Shown: positions 36,082 to 45,690, counted from the stretch's first letter. The stretch is DNA of 64,000 nucleotides from Hyphomicrobiales bacterium (GCA_965222955.1 OZ244974.1:1344226-1408225), one strand, 5' to 3'. Notes: generated from the letters alone by a model not told the origin. Numbers and translations are program-made.

Positions 36082-37467
36082 TCAGCGTTTTTGCGGTTTG
36101 TGGGTGGCGATGTCGTTGGCGGCAAGCCATTCCGGTGAGCCGCGCTTGAGGTTGCTCCGCGCCCGTTTGGCATGGCGGCGGGCATCGCCATAGCGTCCGT
36201 CATGGAAATAGCCCTGGGCGGTGGCCAGATCGGCCCTGGCGCGATCGCCCAGCCGCGCGTATGCCGTCGCCAGATGGCGAAAGCCAATGGTCGCGTTCTT
36301 GTCGCGTTGAGTGGCTCGCTTTAAGTGGGAAACGGCTTTTCTCAGATTTCCCCTGCCCCCGGTTTCGACAAGCGCGTGCCCCAGCATAACGCGTATCAGA
36401 GGCGCCTTTGGTGCAAGGGCAACCGCACGCTGCAAGGGTGCGAGCGCCGCGCCGGGTTTTCCGGTCTCCAAAAGAATCTGTCCTTTGAGCTCATGGAAAT
36501 AGGGGTTCTTCGGTTGCAGCCTGATCAACGCGTCGATGTCCGTCAGGGCCTTTTTAGTGCGTCGCAGGCGATAGGCGGCAATGGCATGGGCGTAGCGCGC
36601 CGCCATGGACGCCGTGGCATTACGATAAACGCGCGCCACACGGCGCGGTGTGGTAAAGCCTGCCAGTTTGGCGCGCATCATCTGGTGACGGGCGCGCAGG
36701 CCGGCGGGGGCCTTTTTGTTGAAAAATCTACTCTTGCGCGCCCCCCGGGTCAGCGATGTCATGCGCTCGTCGGGCAGGGGGTGGGTAAACAGATACGGAT
36801 CAGAACCGCGTTTGGCAAACAGCATGCGATCGGCAAAGCGCTTGAATACGCTCAGCATTCCCTTCGCCGACTGGCCCGTCTTGTTCAGATACGCCAGGGC
36901 GGCGCGGTCGGCGGCGCGTTCCTCGGTGCGCCGGTAAGCCAAAAGAGAGCGATTGATTGCCGACTGGCTTCCCGTCGCCGTGGCGATTCCCACCTGGCCG
37001 GCATTGTTGTTTCCCGAACTTGCCGCCGCGACCGTGGCCCCGGCCGCCAGAATCATCGATATGATCGACAAGGTCTGCGCCTGCGCCAGAGCCGAACGCA
37101 ACCGCGCGTGATGGCCGCCCGCCAAATGGCCCGTCTCGTGTGCCAGAACGCCAATGGTCTCTCCTGGCGTTTTGGACTGGGCCAGCGCGCCGGTGGTGAT
37201 GAAAATACGTCGCCCGTCGGGCGCAAAGGCGTTAAACTGGGAGCTGTTGATAATAAAAATTTCCACATTGCTGCGCGACAGGCCGGCCGCACCCAGAATG
37301 GGCCGCGCATAATCGGTGATCAACGCCTCGATTTCCGCATCACGAATAAGACGCATTTGTTGCGCCGCGAAGGCCGGCGCCGCGCCAGTCAGTATCATGG
37401 CACCTGCACAGGTGCCCGCCAGAACGCGATTAATGCCGCGACGGCGCTTGTCCTGATCACATGTCAT
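36082..37467 (-). CDS. M48-family zinc metalloprotease with C-terminal TPR repeats
   Basis: 461 aa, signal peptide, HETGHLAGGH zinc motif, TPR-like C-terminal half (BepA/YfgC-like architecture). Confidence 0.8.
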   Translation of the reverse strand: MTCDQDKRRRGINRVLAGTCAGAMILTGAAPAFAAQQMRLIRDAEIEALITDYARPILGAAGLSRSNVEIFIINSSQFNAFAPDGRRIFITTGALAQSKTPGETIGVLAHETGHLAGGHHARLRSALAQAQTLSIISMILAAGATVAAASSGNNNAGQVGIATATGSQSAINRSLLAYRRTEERAADRAALAYLNKTGQSAKGMLSVFKRFADRMLFAKRGSDPYLFTHPLPDERMTSLTRGARKSRFFNKKAPAGLRARHQMMRAKLAGFTTPRRVARVYRNATASMAARYAHAIAAYRLRRTKKALTDIDALIRLQPKNPYFHELKGQILLETGKPGAALAPLQRAVALAPKAPLIRVMLGHALVETGGRGNLRKAVSHLKRATQRDKNATIGFRHLATAYARLGDRARADLATAQGYFHDGRYGDARRHAKRARSNLKRGSPEWLAANDIATHKPQKR

Positions 37468-37599
37468 ATCCGTTTCCCGTTGTTCCCCTGCCGCACATTC
37501 CTGCCGTGCCTGCCGTATCTGCCACCTGCCGTATCGTGCCGCCCCGTGCCGCCCCGTGTCGCTCCCTGTCGCCGTTCCGTCGCGTTTTCGTTGCGCCGA

Positions 37600-40488
37600 T
37601 CAGATGCGAAACAGCGATCCCTTTTGCCACCAGCCGGACCGCTTTTCCTGTCCCGCGTCTTCCTCGCCCGGGTTTCGATGTCCGCTGTCCGGTGCGCGCT
37701 CCGGCTCATCCGTTTCGATGGCCGCAATCGAATGCCTGCCGGTGTTCCCCGACGGCTCCATCAGTGGCCCCGTCCGCCCCGTTCGCCCCGTCCGCCCCGT
37801 CCGCCCCGTTCCATCGGCCTCATCCTGCGGGGCATCAGCCACCGTCTCCTTATTGGCCTGGTTAACCTGGTTGGCCTTACCGGCTTTACCGGCCGTATTG
37901 CCCCTGTGCGCCTTATCAGCCAAATCGTCCTTGCGGTCGTGCTCCCGCGCCGCCAGTGGTGGTTGCGTGTTACCCGCCTCGGAACGCCCCTCAGCATCGC
38001 CGGCATCGCTGGCATTACTATCATCGCTGACAGCCGCCGGCTCACGCTCGCCGTTCAGCTGCTTGCCGTCCGTCTCCTTTGCCCGCTTGACGCGACGGCC
38101 CCCGCGGCGTCCACGGCGGCGCTTGCGGGTCTTCGCCGGCGCTTTTTCATCGTCGTCGGCCAGGGCATCGCTTTCTCCCGGCGCCGCTGGGGTGGACACG
38201 TCCCGGGCGCGCTCGTCCTCACTGCGTACGACCTCGCTCTTTGCCTTCTTCGGGCGCTGTTTCTTCGCCCGATCGGCGTTTTCCGCCGGTTTGCCGGATT
38301 TCGCCCTGGCGCGCCGCTTGGCGGGCGCGGGCGCGGGCGCTTGCCCTGCGCCGTCGGCATCATCCTGTGTGGGTTGGGCATCAGCCCCGGCATCGTCTGC
38401 CGGGGCGTCGCTATCCAGATCGTCCAGGGAGATCGAATCGACCTGGACCTGCGCACTGGCGATTTTTTGACGCGCCGAGGCAATATCGCCTCTTTCTATG
38501 ACAAAACGATGTTCAAGATCGCCATCGGCAATCAAAACGTTAATGGACACGCCAAATCCGTCTTCCAGTTCAGCGATATGCGTGCGCTTTTGATTGAGCA
38601 GATAAACCGCTACGCCGGCCTGGGTCTTCACGAGCAGATTGTGGCGCCGGCTCTTGGACAGGGTGACCTCCAAACGGCGCAGGATCTGAACGGCAACGGA
38701 TTCAGGCGAGCGTATGATGCCGGTACCATGGCACACAACGCAAGGGTCCGTAGAGGTCTCAAGAACGCCGGTGCGAATGCGCTGACGCGACATCTCCAGC
38801 AGGCCAAACACGCTGATCCGCCCGATCTGAATACGTGCCCGGTCGCCGCGCAGACATTCCTTCAGCCGGCGCTCCACCGTGCGGTTGTTGCGCCGCTCCT
38901 CCATGTCAATAAAATCGATGACAATCAGGCCGGCAAGATCGCGCAGCCGCAACTGGCGGGCGATTTCCTCGGCCGCCTCAAGATTCGTCGAAAGCGCGGT
39001 ATCCTCAATACTATGCTGTTTTGTCGAGCGGCCCGAATTGACATCGATCGCAACAAGCGCCTCCGTCTGGTTGATAATCAGATAGCCGCCCGATGCCAGG
39101 GAAACATTGGGACTGAACATGGCATCGAGTTGTTCCTCGACACGATAGCGCGTGAAAATCGGCACGCCGCTCTTGTATAATTTCACATGGCGCGCATGGC
39201 TTGGCATGAGCATACGCATGAAGTCCTTGGCTTCGCGATAGCCATCGTTACCGCTGACAATCACCTCATCGATGTCCTTGCTGTAAAGATCGCGAATGGC
39301 GCGCTTTACCAGGCTTCCCTCCTCGTATACCAGAGTGGGCGCGAGGGACTTCAGGGTCAGGGCGCGAACGTTCTCCCACAAACGCAGCAGATATTCGAAG
39401 TCGCGCTTGATTTCCGCTTTGGTGCGGCTGGCGCCGGCGGTGCGCAATATTATCCCCATTCCCCGCGGCACTTCCAACTCGGAAGCGATGGACTTCAGGC
39501 GACGGCGATCCTTCGGCAGCGTGATCTTGCGCGAAATGCCGCCGCCGCGCGCCGTATTGGGCATGAGAACCGAATAGCGCCCGGCAATCGACAGATAGGT
39601 GGTCAGCGCTGCGCCCTTGGTGCCGCGCTCCTCCTTGGATACCTGCACCAGCAGGACCTGGCGGCGTTTGATCACTTCCTGAATCTTGTAGCGGCGCAGC
39701 CGCGGTCGCCGCGGCCTGGGAACTTCGTCAAAGATGTCCCCGCCATTGCCGGTGTTGCCATCGTTGTCGGCAGGATCGCCACCATCGCCATTGTCATCGG
39801 CGGCGGTCGCATCCACAGAATACTCATCGCCCTCGTCGCCGGCATCGTCCGCGGCGATGTCCGGCGGCAGATCGCCATCCCCGGCAGGATCGTGCCGGCC
39901 GGTTTCGTCAGTGCCCGCGGCAGCGGCGCCGGAATCGCGCAGCTTTTCCATTTCCCCGGTCAATTTGCCGATCACATTGCGCATACGCGACGCCGCCTGG
40001 CGAAGCCGGGACAACTGCGCCAGCGACGCCGGTTCAACCGGATCGTCGGACGGCGCTTCATCGGCCTGTGTTGCCGTCGAGACGGCTTCGGTGGAGGATT
40101 TTTGTCTTTTCTTCCTGTTCCTGGTACGGACGCCGCGCCGGGCGCGCGCCTCGGAGGCCCGATCGGCCTTTTCCGCTTCCAAAGCGGCCTCGCGGGCGTC
40201 CTCGCGGGCGTCTTCTTCCAAAAGCGCCTGGCGATCGGAATGGGGTATTTGGTAGTAGTCAGGATGAATTTCGCTAAATGCGAGAAAACCGTGACGGTTG
40301 CCACCGTAGTCGACAAAGGCCGCCTGCAAGGACGGCTCGACACGGGTTACCTTGGCAAGATAAATATTGCCCCGAAGCTGCTTTTTGTTGGCAGCCTCAA
40401 AGCCGAACTCCTCGACCTTGTTGCCGCGTACGACGACCACACGCGTTTCTTCGTGGTGGCGCCCGTCGATTAACATTTTGTTTGCCAT
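37600..40488 (-). CDS. rne: Ribonuclease E
   Basis: 962 aa. N-terminal S1 and catalytic domains (MLIDGRHHEETRVVVV...GNIYLAKVTRVEPSLQAAFVDYG), an acidic insert, and an Arg/Asp-rich C-terminal scaffold. Confidence 0.95.
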   Translation of the reverse strand: MANKMLIDGRHHEETRVVVVRGNKVEEFGFEAANKKQLRGNIYLAKVTRVEPSLQAAFVDYGGNRHGFLAFSEIHPDYYQIPHSDRQALLEEDAREDAREAALEAEKADRASEARARRGVRTRNRKKRQKSSTEAVSTATQADEAPSDDPVEPASLAQLSRLRQAASRMRNVIGKLTGEMEKLRDSGAAAAGTDETGRHDPAGDGDLPPDIAADDAGDEGDEYSVDATAADDNGDGGDPADNDGNTGNGGDIFDEVPRPRRPRLRRYKIQEVIKRRQVLLVQVSKEERGTKGAALTTYLSIAGRYSVLMPNTARGGGISRKITLPKDRRRLKSIASELEVPRGMGIILRTAGASRTKAEIKRDFEYLLRLWENVRALTLKSLAPTLVYEEGSLVKRAIRDLYSKDIDEVIVSGNDGYREAKDFMRMLMPSHARHVKLYKSGVPIFTRYRVEEQLDAMFSPNVSLASGGYLIINQTEALVAIDVNSGRSTKQHSIEDTALSTNLEAAEEIARQLRLRDLAGLIVIDFIDMEERRNNRTVERRLKECLRGDRARIQIGRISVFGLLEMSRQRIRTGVLETSTDPCVVCHGTGIIRSPESVAVQILRRLEVTLSKSRRHNLLVKTQAGVAVYLLNQKRTHIAELEDGFGVSINVLIADGDLEHRFVIERGDIASARQKIASAQVQVDSISLDDLDSDAPADDAGADAQPTQDDADGAGQAPAPAPAKRRARAKSGKPAENADRAKKQRPKKAKSEVVRSEDERARDVSTPAAPGESDALADDDEKAPAKTRKRRRGRRGGRRVKRAKETDGKQLNGEREPAAVSDDSNASDAGDAEGRSEAGNTQPPLAAREHDRKDDLADKAHRGNTAGKAGKANQVNQANKETVADAPQDEADGTGRTGRTGRTGRTGPLMEPSGNTGRHSIAAIETDEPERAPDSGHRNPGEEDAGQEKRSGWWQKGSLFRI
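37768..37812 (-). repeat. In-frame 9-bp microsatellite in the rne 3' region (GRT x about 5)
   Basis: The + strand reads ccccgtccg ccccgttcg ccccgtccg ccccgtccg ccccgttcc, encoding DGTGRTGRTGRTGRTGP on the coding strand. Confidence 0.9.
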
Positions 40489-41177
40489 GTATCGTTATCT
40501 CCACTGCCGCCTGCGCGAGCCGTCGCGCAATCGCGATCCCGAGCTGGGCAGGTCGCTGGCGGGCAGTCTGGTTGTTTTTGTCTGTCTGAAATTCGGCTGG
40601 TGATAGATAGCGGAAACGAGCACAACATGCATGATCGCCGCCGGCACCCGCCAGGGCAGGCTCAAAGGCGATAAATCTGCATGGAACTGTGAAAAGATCA
40701 GCCATCAAAAGTGCTCGACAATTCCTTAAAGAATACGGTGTTCGAAAGGGAACACGCCAGGCGCCGCGTTGATCGTGACAGGGCGCCGTGCAACCTGAAC
40801 ACCTGATCGTAAAAACACCGGTTACCGCGCGCCTTACGCACAACCGCAAACAAGCACAACGTGCATGAAAGGCCGACTACGCGCATTAAAAGGCAATGGC
40901 GGTTACCCGGGTGCATCGCAACTGCGAGGGCGAATATCCGCATATTTCCCGCCCGGATGGCTCAGCCACGTTCCGCATTGCACTGTATTACACGATGCGT
41001 CCGTATCCGTTCTGCATGAGTTTGCGTCAAAATTGCGCACAATCGTGCAATAAAATGCACAGCAAGAACGCACGAAACCACAATCATAAACTCTCATTGT
41101 CACCCGATCGGCACGCGACCGGATCTCCATACTATATACGGACTTTTTTTATTTTAGCAAGCATTATGGTTTTTCAC

Positions 41178-42357
41178 CTCACCACCCTCGCCACCTGACA
41201 TAATTTTCGAATTCCCATAGTTTTGGAATTGGTGTGATGTTTGCGATAGCTCTTGCGATGCGTCTGAAGCCCTTTTTGAACAGAGACATCAGGCAGCGAT
41301 AGGCTTTTTGGGGGCGTATTTTGCTTCGCCCCGATCCGGTTGCATCGCGGTTGAGACAGCAAAATAAAGCGCCATTGTCAGCGCCAGGATCAATCGCTCA
41401 ATACGATCTGCATGGGCCAGATGGGTCATTGTGATGCCGAAGCCGCGGGATTTGAAATCCGAGAACGAGGCTTCAATACCCCGGCGCATGCCATAATCGC
41501 GTGCCCGCGCTGTTGTTGGCTTGCCCTCCATGGCAATAATCCACGGCTCGCGGTGTCCCTGTTCGTGCAAAATACCGATAGACGTGCTGATGCCGGAACC
41601 ATAGAGCCCGGCCCCTTCAATGCCTTGCGGGGCAAAGCGCGCGACGTCTCCGGTTGTGATCTGCCCCCCTGCATGGTTCAGGGTCAAATTGCCCTTCAAG
41701 CGGATGCGATACCCCCATGCGGCCTTTTGGCACCAGCCGATTAAAACCGCCGTTCCATAGAACCGGTCAGCCGTCAACATGACATCACACCCTTCAGGCA
41801 CCATAACCCGCAGTGCGTCCAGAAGCGCTTTTTGCTCTGCAAAGCCGATATTGCCATGGGTCTGCATCACCCGCCAAACCAGCGGCAGCGCCCGCTCACC
41901 CAAGCGAAGCGACACCATCAGACACTCAAAACCATCGCCGATCTTGCTTTGGTTCAGCATCAATACCGCCGTCTTTTCATCACGGCAGGCCTTTCCAATC
42001 AGTTCGCCAACGAAACAGGCCATCACCCCCAAGGGCTCAATCATCGGGTTTTGCAGCCAACGATTGATCACCCGGTAGCGGCTGTCGTCATTCTTCACCG
42101 CGCGGGGGAAACCGCAGCAATTTCAGACGTGTTCACGCTGCGGCAGTGCAAAACAGACGCCGCAAGATCGGCAAGGCCCTTGATATGCGGCAGCTGTAAC
42201 CGTGTCTCACGCTCGCGCAAATCCCGCTCAATCGTGCCTGAAGGACGAGCAACCCCTCCACGAACCATTCGCTGCGTAAATCCATCCTCCATAAAACAAT
42301 GATCACAACAGGATAAACAGATGTCGTCAACAACATGTTATTCAGTCAGGTGGTGAG
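41178..42357 (-). mobile_element. Insertion sequence, IS4-superfamily-like (about 1.2 kb)
   Basis: Imperfect terminal IRs ctc(g/a)ccacctgac(a/t)(t/g)aa at 41187-41203 and 42341-42357. The left end carries a 9-nt duplication (ctcaccacc ctcgccacc). Boundaries approximate. Confidence 0.65.
41289..42292 (-). CDS. DDE transposase in two overlapping frames (42292..42095 and 42098..41289); probable frameshift
   Basis: The N-terminal piece (LADLAASVLHCRSVNTSEIAAVSPAR) continues logically into VKNDDSRYRVINRWLQN..., with LTADRFYG and the DDE_Tnp_1-like body in another frame. The junction is GTGA. Confidence 0.75.
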
Positions 42358-42367
42358 TTTGGCGATT

Positions 42368-43126
42368 TTATGCGGCAAGCATTTTAAAGATGCCATCAGA
42401 TGCTTGCTGCTCTACTACATGAGAGGCTTGGCTAAGAAGTGAGAGGTAGTCGCCGTATTTTTTAGGGGAGCAAATCACCGATGCGCGTATCGGAGCATCT
42501 TCTATCCGCGCCACGTCATGAAATTTTGTAAATGTAGCAAATACAGAATTGTGATTTTTGCTCACTGCTTCAAATAGGATTATCTTCGAATCTTGTTTGA
42601 CCATAGTATCAAAAACCCATTCGTGAGTTGATGCTCCCCGGAAAGAAAATTCACGAGCGATTTCTGCTGATTTGAATACACGGGAGATTTTCGCGTACAT
42701 ACGTTCGGATGTTTGGCGAACCTTATACTCTTCAACCTTGTAAAAAACTTGCGCAACAGACTCAAGTACACAATTCGCGACGGTTACGATAGCTCCGGCA
42801 AGTTGCGCTTCCGTCACATCGACAGTGAAGAAGCTGTGTTGATCAAAATTAATGCCAGCGTTCGCTGCGACAGTAGAGGCAATCCTGGAATAGTAATGCT
42901 GGCCGCTGATCATTTCCGCTTCATCATAGCCAAGCCCATGATCCGTCACATGGAAAGCTCCGCCAACAGCTTGGCTTACACGCACAACTACGCTTCCACC
43001 GTTAGGAAAGAGTAGCGGAGTTGAGATATAAGAAAAGCCGTTGAAATGCTCAGCGCGAGCAAGTTGTGCCGCTACATTATCAATCACAGCCTGGGTGCTT
43101 TCATATGAGATCATATTGTCTTTCAT
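42368..43126 (-). CDS. Hypothetical protein Y (about 252 aa); N-terminus vaguely DUF1828-like
   Basis: AT-richer than the flanks. TPLLFPNGGSVVVRVSQAVGGAFHVTDHGLGYDE recalls DUF1828, and FRGASTHEWVFDTMVKQDSKIILFEAVSK recalls DUF1829. Start uncertain (43180, 43126 or 43114). Confidence 0.55.
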   Translation of the reverse strand: MKDNMISYESTQAVIDNVAAQLARAEHFNGFSYISTPLLFPNGGSVVVRVSQAVGGAFHVTDHGLGYDEAEMISGQHYYSRIASTVAANAGINFDQHSFFTVDVTEAQLAGAIVTVANCVLESVAQVFYKVEEYKVRQTSERMYAKISRVFKSAEIAREFSFRGASTHEWVFDTMVKQDSKIILFEAVSKNHNSVFATFTKFHDVARIEDAPIRASVICSPKKYGDYLSLLSQASHVVEQQASDGIFKMLAA

Positions 43127-43625
43127 GACTCCAAGGCGGTTCTTGAACCAGCCAAATGTTAGGAATCCTGAACCTCTCACCTACAAACTCGAGAAATCCT
43201 TGGAAGTTGGGTGGATCCGGCTCTATAGGAAGAGCGATCGGTAACTTCTTGGATCTCCACTTACCTCCTAGCGCAAAATTCGTATGGAAATCGTGAAAAT
43301 GTGATCCAGTTTGCTCAATAAAGCGATATTCTTTCGGCCCTAATCCCTTATTGTTGTGGCTGGATATGGGTTTCCATTCAGCTTTTGCTATAACAACTCC
43401 CTTTGACACTGAAACCCTATTGTAGGTCAACAAAAAGGTTACATTGCGGTGCGGGGTTTCAAGTAGGGTTCTTCCATGAAAGGAAAAGCCTTCTTGAATC
43501 ACTCCTCCAACCTGCAGGGGGCTGGAAATTCGTAACGATCTACGATTATTATCGATCTGCCAGGTAAACCCATGGCTGGGAAATTCTTTTTCGGACAAGT
43601 AGAATTGCTGGTAGTTTACGGACAT
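43101..43625 (-). CDS. Hypothetical protein X (174 aa), no family recognised
   Basis: AT-richer ORF overlapping the downstream ORF Y by 14-80 nt depending on the Y start, so probably one operon. Confidence 0.55.
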   Translation of the reverse strand: MSVNYQQFYLSEKEFPSHGFTWQIDNNRRSLRISSPLQVGGVIQEGFSFHGRTLLETPHRNVTFLLTYNRVSVSKGVVIAKAEWKPISSHNNKGLGPKEYRFIEQTGSHFHDFHTNFALGGKWRSKKLPIALPIEPDPPNFQGFLEFVGERFRIPNIWLVQEPPWSHERQYDLI

Positions 43626-43732
43626 TCGAACAGGTTATCAACGTAAGTTTGCCAACGCGAGTCATATTTACCGAATCAACCGTAAAATATTCTAGAAATA
43701 TGCATAGCATCACGAGAATCCAAGCGTTATCG

Positions 43733-44071
43733 TCAAGCGAGATTGTAATATCTCGCCAGAATGCTCAAGGCTTCCTTCAAATCGCGCTTCGCATTTTGCC
43801 GCCTTTCACGTAACAACCCATGCGTTTTTGCACTTGGGTGATCGACAAGCCATCCACACACACTAAAACGCCACCTGGCTTAAGTGTGAACTCAGGTGCA
43901 GGTCTGCCATGCGATGTCGATGCATGACGTCCAGTTGACGCGCCGTGATCCCGTCCATATTGCGCGCTGGCACATCGGCGCGCACCTTTGCGTAATCGAT
44001 CGCTTTTTCCAAGCCTATGATGCTTCGCTCAAAATCGTTGGCGTAGCGCGTCCCCGCCGCATGTTGCGCCT
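43733..44071 (-). pseudogene. Decayed HTH (sigma region-4/LuxR-like) gene remnant with frameshifts
   Basis: Hand translation across three frames gives ...MDGITARQLDVMH.. / ..VLVCVDGLSITQVQKRMG.. / ..RERRQNAKRDLKEALSILARYYNLA*. The 5' end is cut by a D copy. Confidence 0.35.
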
Positions 44072-44141
44072 GATTGACTTGTCTTTATTTTATTGGAAAA
44101 AAGTGGACCAAGGCGAAGCCGAGAGGCTTTTTCAGATTCAA
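44072..44141 (-). repeat. Family D/E, D-end copy
   Basis: gattgacttgtctttattttattggaaaaaagtggaccaaggcgaagccgagaggctttttcagattcaac. Confidence 0.7.
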
Positions 44142-44421
44142 CTAGAGCGTATCAGGTTTTAATAGAACCATTCTGACGGAGCGATTTTGCGACAAGATAG
44201 GCCTTAAAGTCTCGCAGAGTATAGCGGGGCTATTTACAAGGGACTTAAGGTCCATATTGGTGCAAAAGCGCCCGTCCCTTCGGGTTTGTCGATTGGCGGG
44301 CGCCCACGCTCAAACCGATCTCATGAGATGCGCCCACACCGCATGTCGATCGGCTCAAACGTGGGTCACCTCGCCAATCGGGAAACGAAAATTGCTTCTG
44401 TTAAGACCTGACACGCTCTAG
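44142..44421 (-). mobile_element. MITE family A, short form (280 bp)
   Basis: ctagagcgtatcaggttttaatagaaccattctgacgg ... gcttctgttaagacctgacacgctctag. Confidence 0.85.
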
Positions 44422-44452
44422 CAACCGCTGGAAGCGGCGCGAAGCCCCCCCC

Positions 44453-44532
44453 CTTGAGCGGTGTTTTCTCACTGTTTCAAATGAAGAAAAGTGCGCTGAG
44501 CGTAGCGAAGCACCATTCTTCACAATCAACTA
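44453..44532 (+). repeat. Family D/E, E-end fragment
   Basis: cttgagcggtgttttctcactgtttcaaatgaagaaaagtgcgctgagcgtagcgaagcaccattcttcacaatcaact. Confidence 0.65.
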
Positions 44533-44632
44533 TTCAGCGGCCTTTGTCGCGCATCACTCCTGCAGGCATCGTGCGCACGCCCCGCCGACTCCAGACAATT
44601 GGAAACAGTCGCTAAATTGATCTCAAAGCACC

Positions 44633-45328
44633 TTAATACTGGCGCATAAGGCCAACGAGTTTGCCCTGAATATCAACGCGATCAGGACCGAAAATGCGCG
44701 TCTCATAGTCTGGATTGGCAGCCTCCAGGGCAATGGAAGCACCCTTCTTTCGCAAGCGTTTCAGCGTCGCTTCCTCGCGATCAATAAGGGCAACCACAAT
44801 ATCGCCGGTCTCGGCAACGGAGGCGCGCTTGACAAGCACCGTATCGCCGTCAAGAATCCCCGCATCAATCATGGAGTCGCCGCGCACCTCCAGGGCAAAA
44901 TGCTCCCCCGACGGTAGCATTGTGGGCGGTACGGGAATGGTATGGCTCTGATGCTCAATGGCCGATATGGGCGTGCCGGCGGCAATGCGGCCCATGACAG
45001 GAACCAGAATCGGTTCATCGCCCTGGCTGGCTGACGTGCCACCGCGCCCGCGCCCGAGACTGCCCTCAATGACATTGGGCGAAAATCCACGCCGACGCTT
45101 CTCCTGCGACGCCGACGAGGGCAAGCGGATAATCTCCAGTGCCCGCGCCCGATTGGGCAGGCGCTTGATAAAACCGCGCTCAACAAGCGCTGTAATGAGG
45201 CGATGAATGCCCGATTTGGAACGCAAATCAAGCGCCATACGCATCTCATCAAAAGACGGCGGGACACCATCATCCTGAATGCGCCGGTGTATAAACATCA
45301 ACAGATCGTGTTGTTTACGGGTAAGCAT
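44633..45328 (-). CDS. lexA: LexA repressor
   Basis: 231 aa. N-terminal wHTH ([29 protein letters not shown]), a long linker, and an S24 peptidase domain ([31 protein letters not shown]). Confidence 0.95.
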   Translation of the reverse strand: MLTRKQHDLLMFIHRRIQDDGVPPSFDEMRMALDLRSKSGIHRLITALVERGFIKRLPNRARALEIIRLPSSASQEKRRRGFSPNVIEGSLGRGRGGTSASQGDEPILVPVMGRIAAGTPISAIEHQSHTIPVPPTMLPSGEHFALEVRGDSMIDAGILDGDTVLVKRASVAETGDIVVALIDREEATLKRLRKKGASIALEAANPDYETRIFGPDRVDIQGKLVGLMRQY

Positions 45329-45370
45329 TGCATCATTTCCTTAAAACGGATACGTCCTGTCTGATCGGCT

Positions 45371-45473
45371 ATACCAGCGGTATTGGCTTTCTGTACACGC
45401 TGACTTGTGTATCGTGCTGATAAGACAGCGGTTTTAAACCAAGCCAGGAGCCACACGCTAAGCCCTCTGGTAT
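45371..45473 (+). mobile_element. MITE family C copy (flanks cta / tta)
   Basis: cta[taccagcggtattggctttctgtac...agccctctggta]tta, 42 nt upstream of the lexA start. Confidence 0.8.
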
Positions 45474-45500
45474 TAGACACCTGAACGTTGAGGGCCTGGT

Positions 45501-45690
45501 TGTGACGTTTCAGCAGGTTGTTCCAAAACAGGCAAACCTGAAGGTGCACCTCTTGCGGCCATTGCCGCCGATTGCCGCGGCAAGGCCATACCGAACCATT
45601 CATCTGACCATCGCTTTTTTCGATCCATCCATCGCTTTCAAAAGTTCAGGAACCGCTGGAAGCGGCGCGAAACGTCCTTGACAGCACTCA
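45501..45690 (+). repeat. Family B left half fused to family F left half
   Basis: tgtgacgtttcagcaggttgttccaaaacagg...ccataccgaaccattcatctgaccatcgc...aaccgctggaagcggcgcgaaacgtccttgac. Confidence 0.65.

Noticed and set aside
36325-39180. Very long ORFs antisense to or out of frame with real genes. Examples: 36325..39180 and 39187..40473 opposite rne and the M48 peptidase gene, 8537..9583 opposite clpA, 26072..27187 opposite the dipeptidase, 52553..53509 opposite ppk, 60647..61588 opposite ispA, 16784..17674 overlapping nrdJ, and 1542..2696 opposite the ABC transporter.
   Set aside because: Their translations are Arg/Pro/Gly/Ala-rich low-complexity strings with no recognisable motifs. The opposite strand or other frame encodes clearly recognisable proteins. 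These are classic shadow ORFs of GC-rich DNA.
41187-41203. Shared octamer TGTCAGGT/ACCTGACA between the IS4-like element ends and the family A TIRs, hinting that this IS mobilises family A.
   Set aside because: The motif is in the opposite orientation relative to the element tips. Similarity does not extend beyond 8 nt, and the outermost bases differ. Probably coincidence.
43896-44162. Plus-strand ORF 43896..44162 (88 aa) in the island region.
   Set aside because: It lies antisense to the better-supported (though decayed) HTH remnant and runs into a D copy and an A TIR. No recognisable features.
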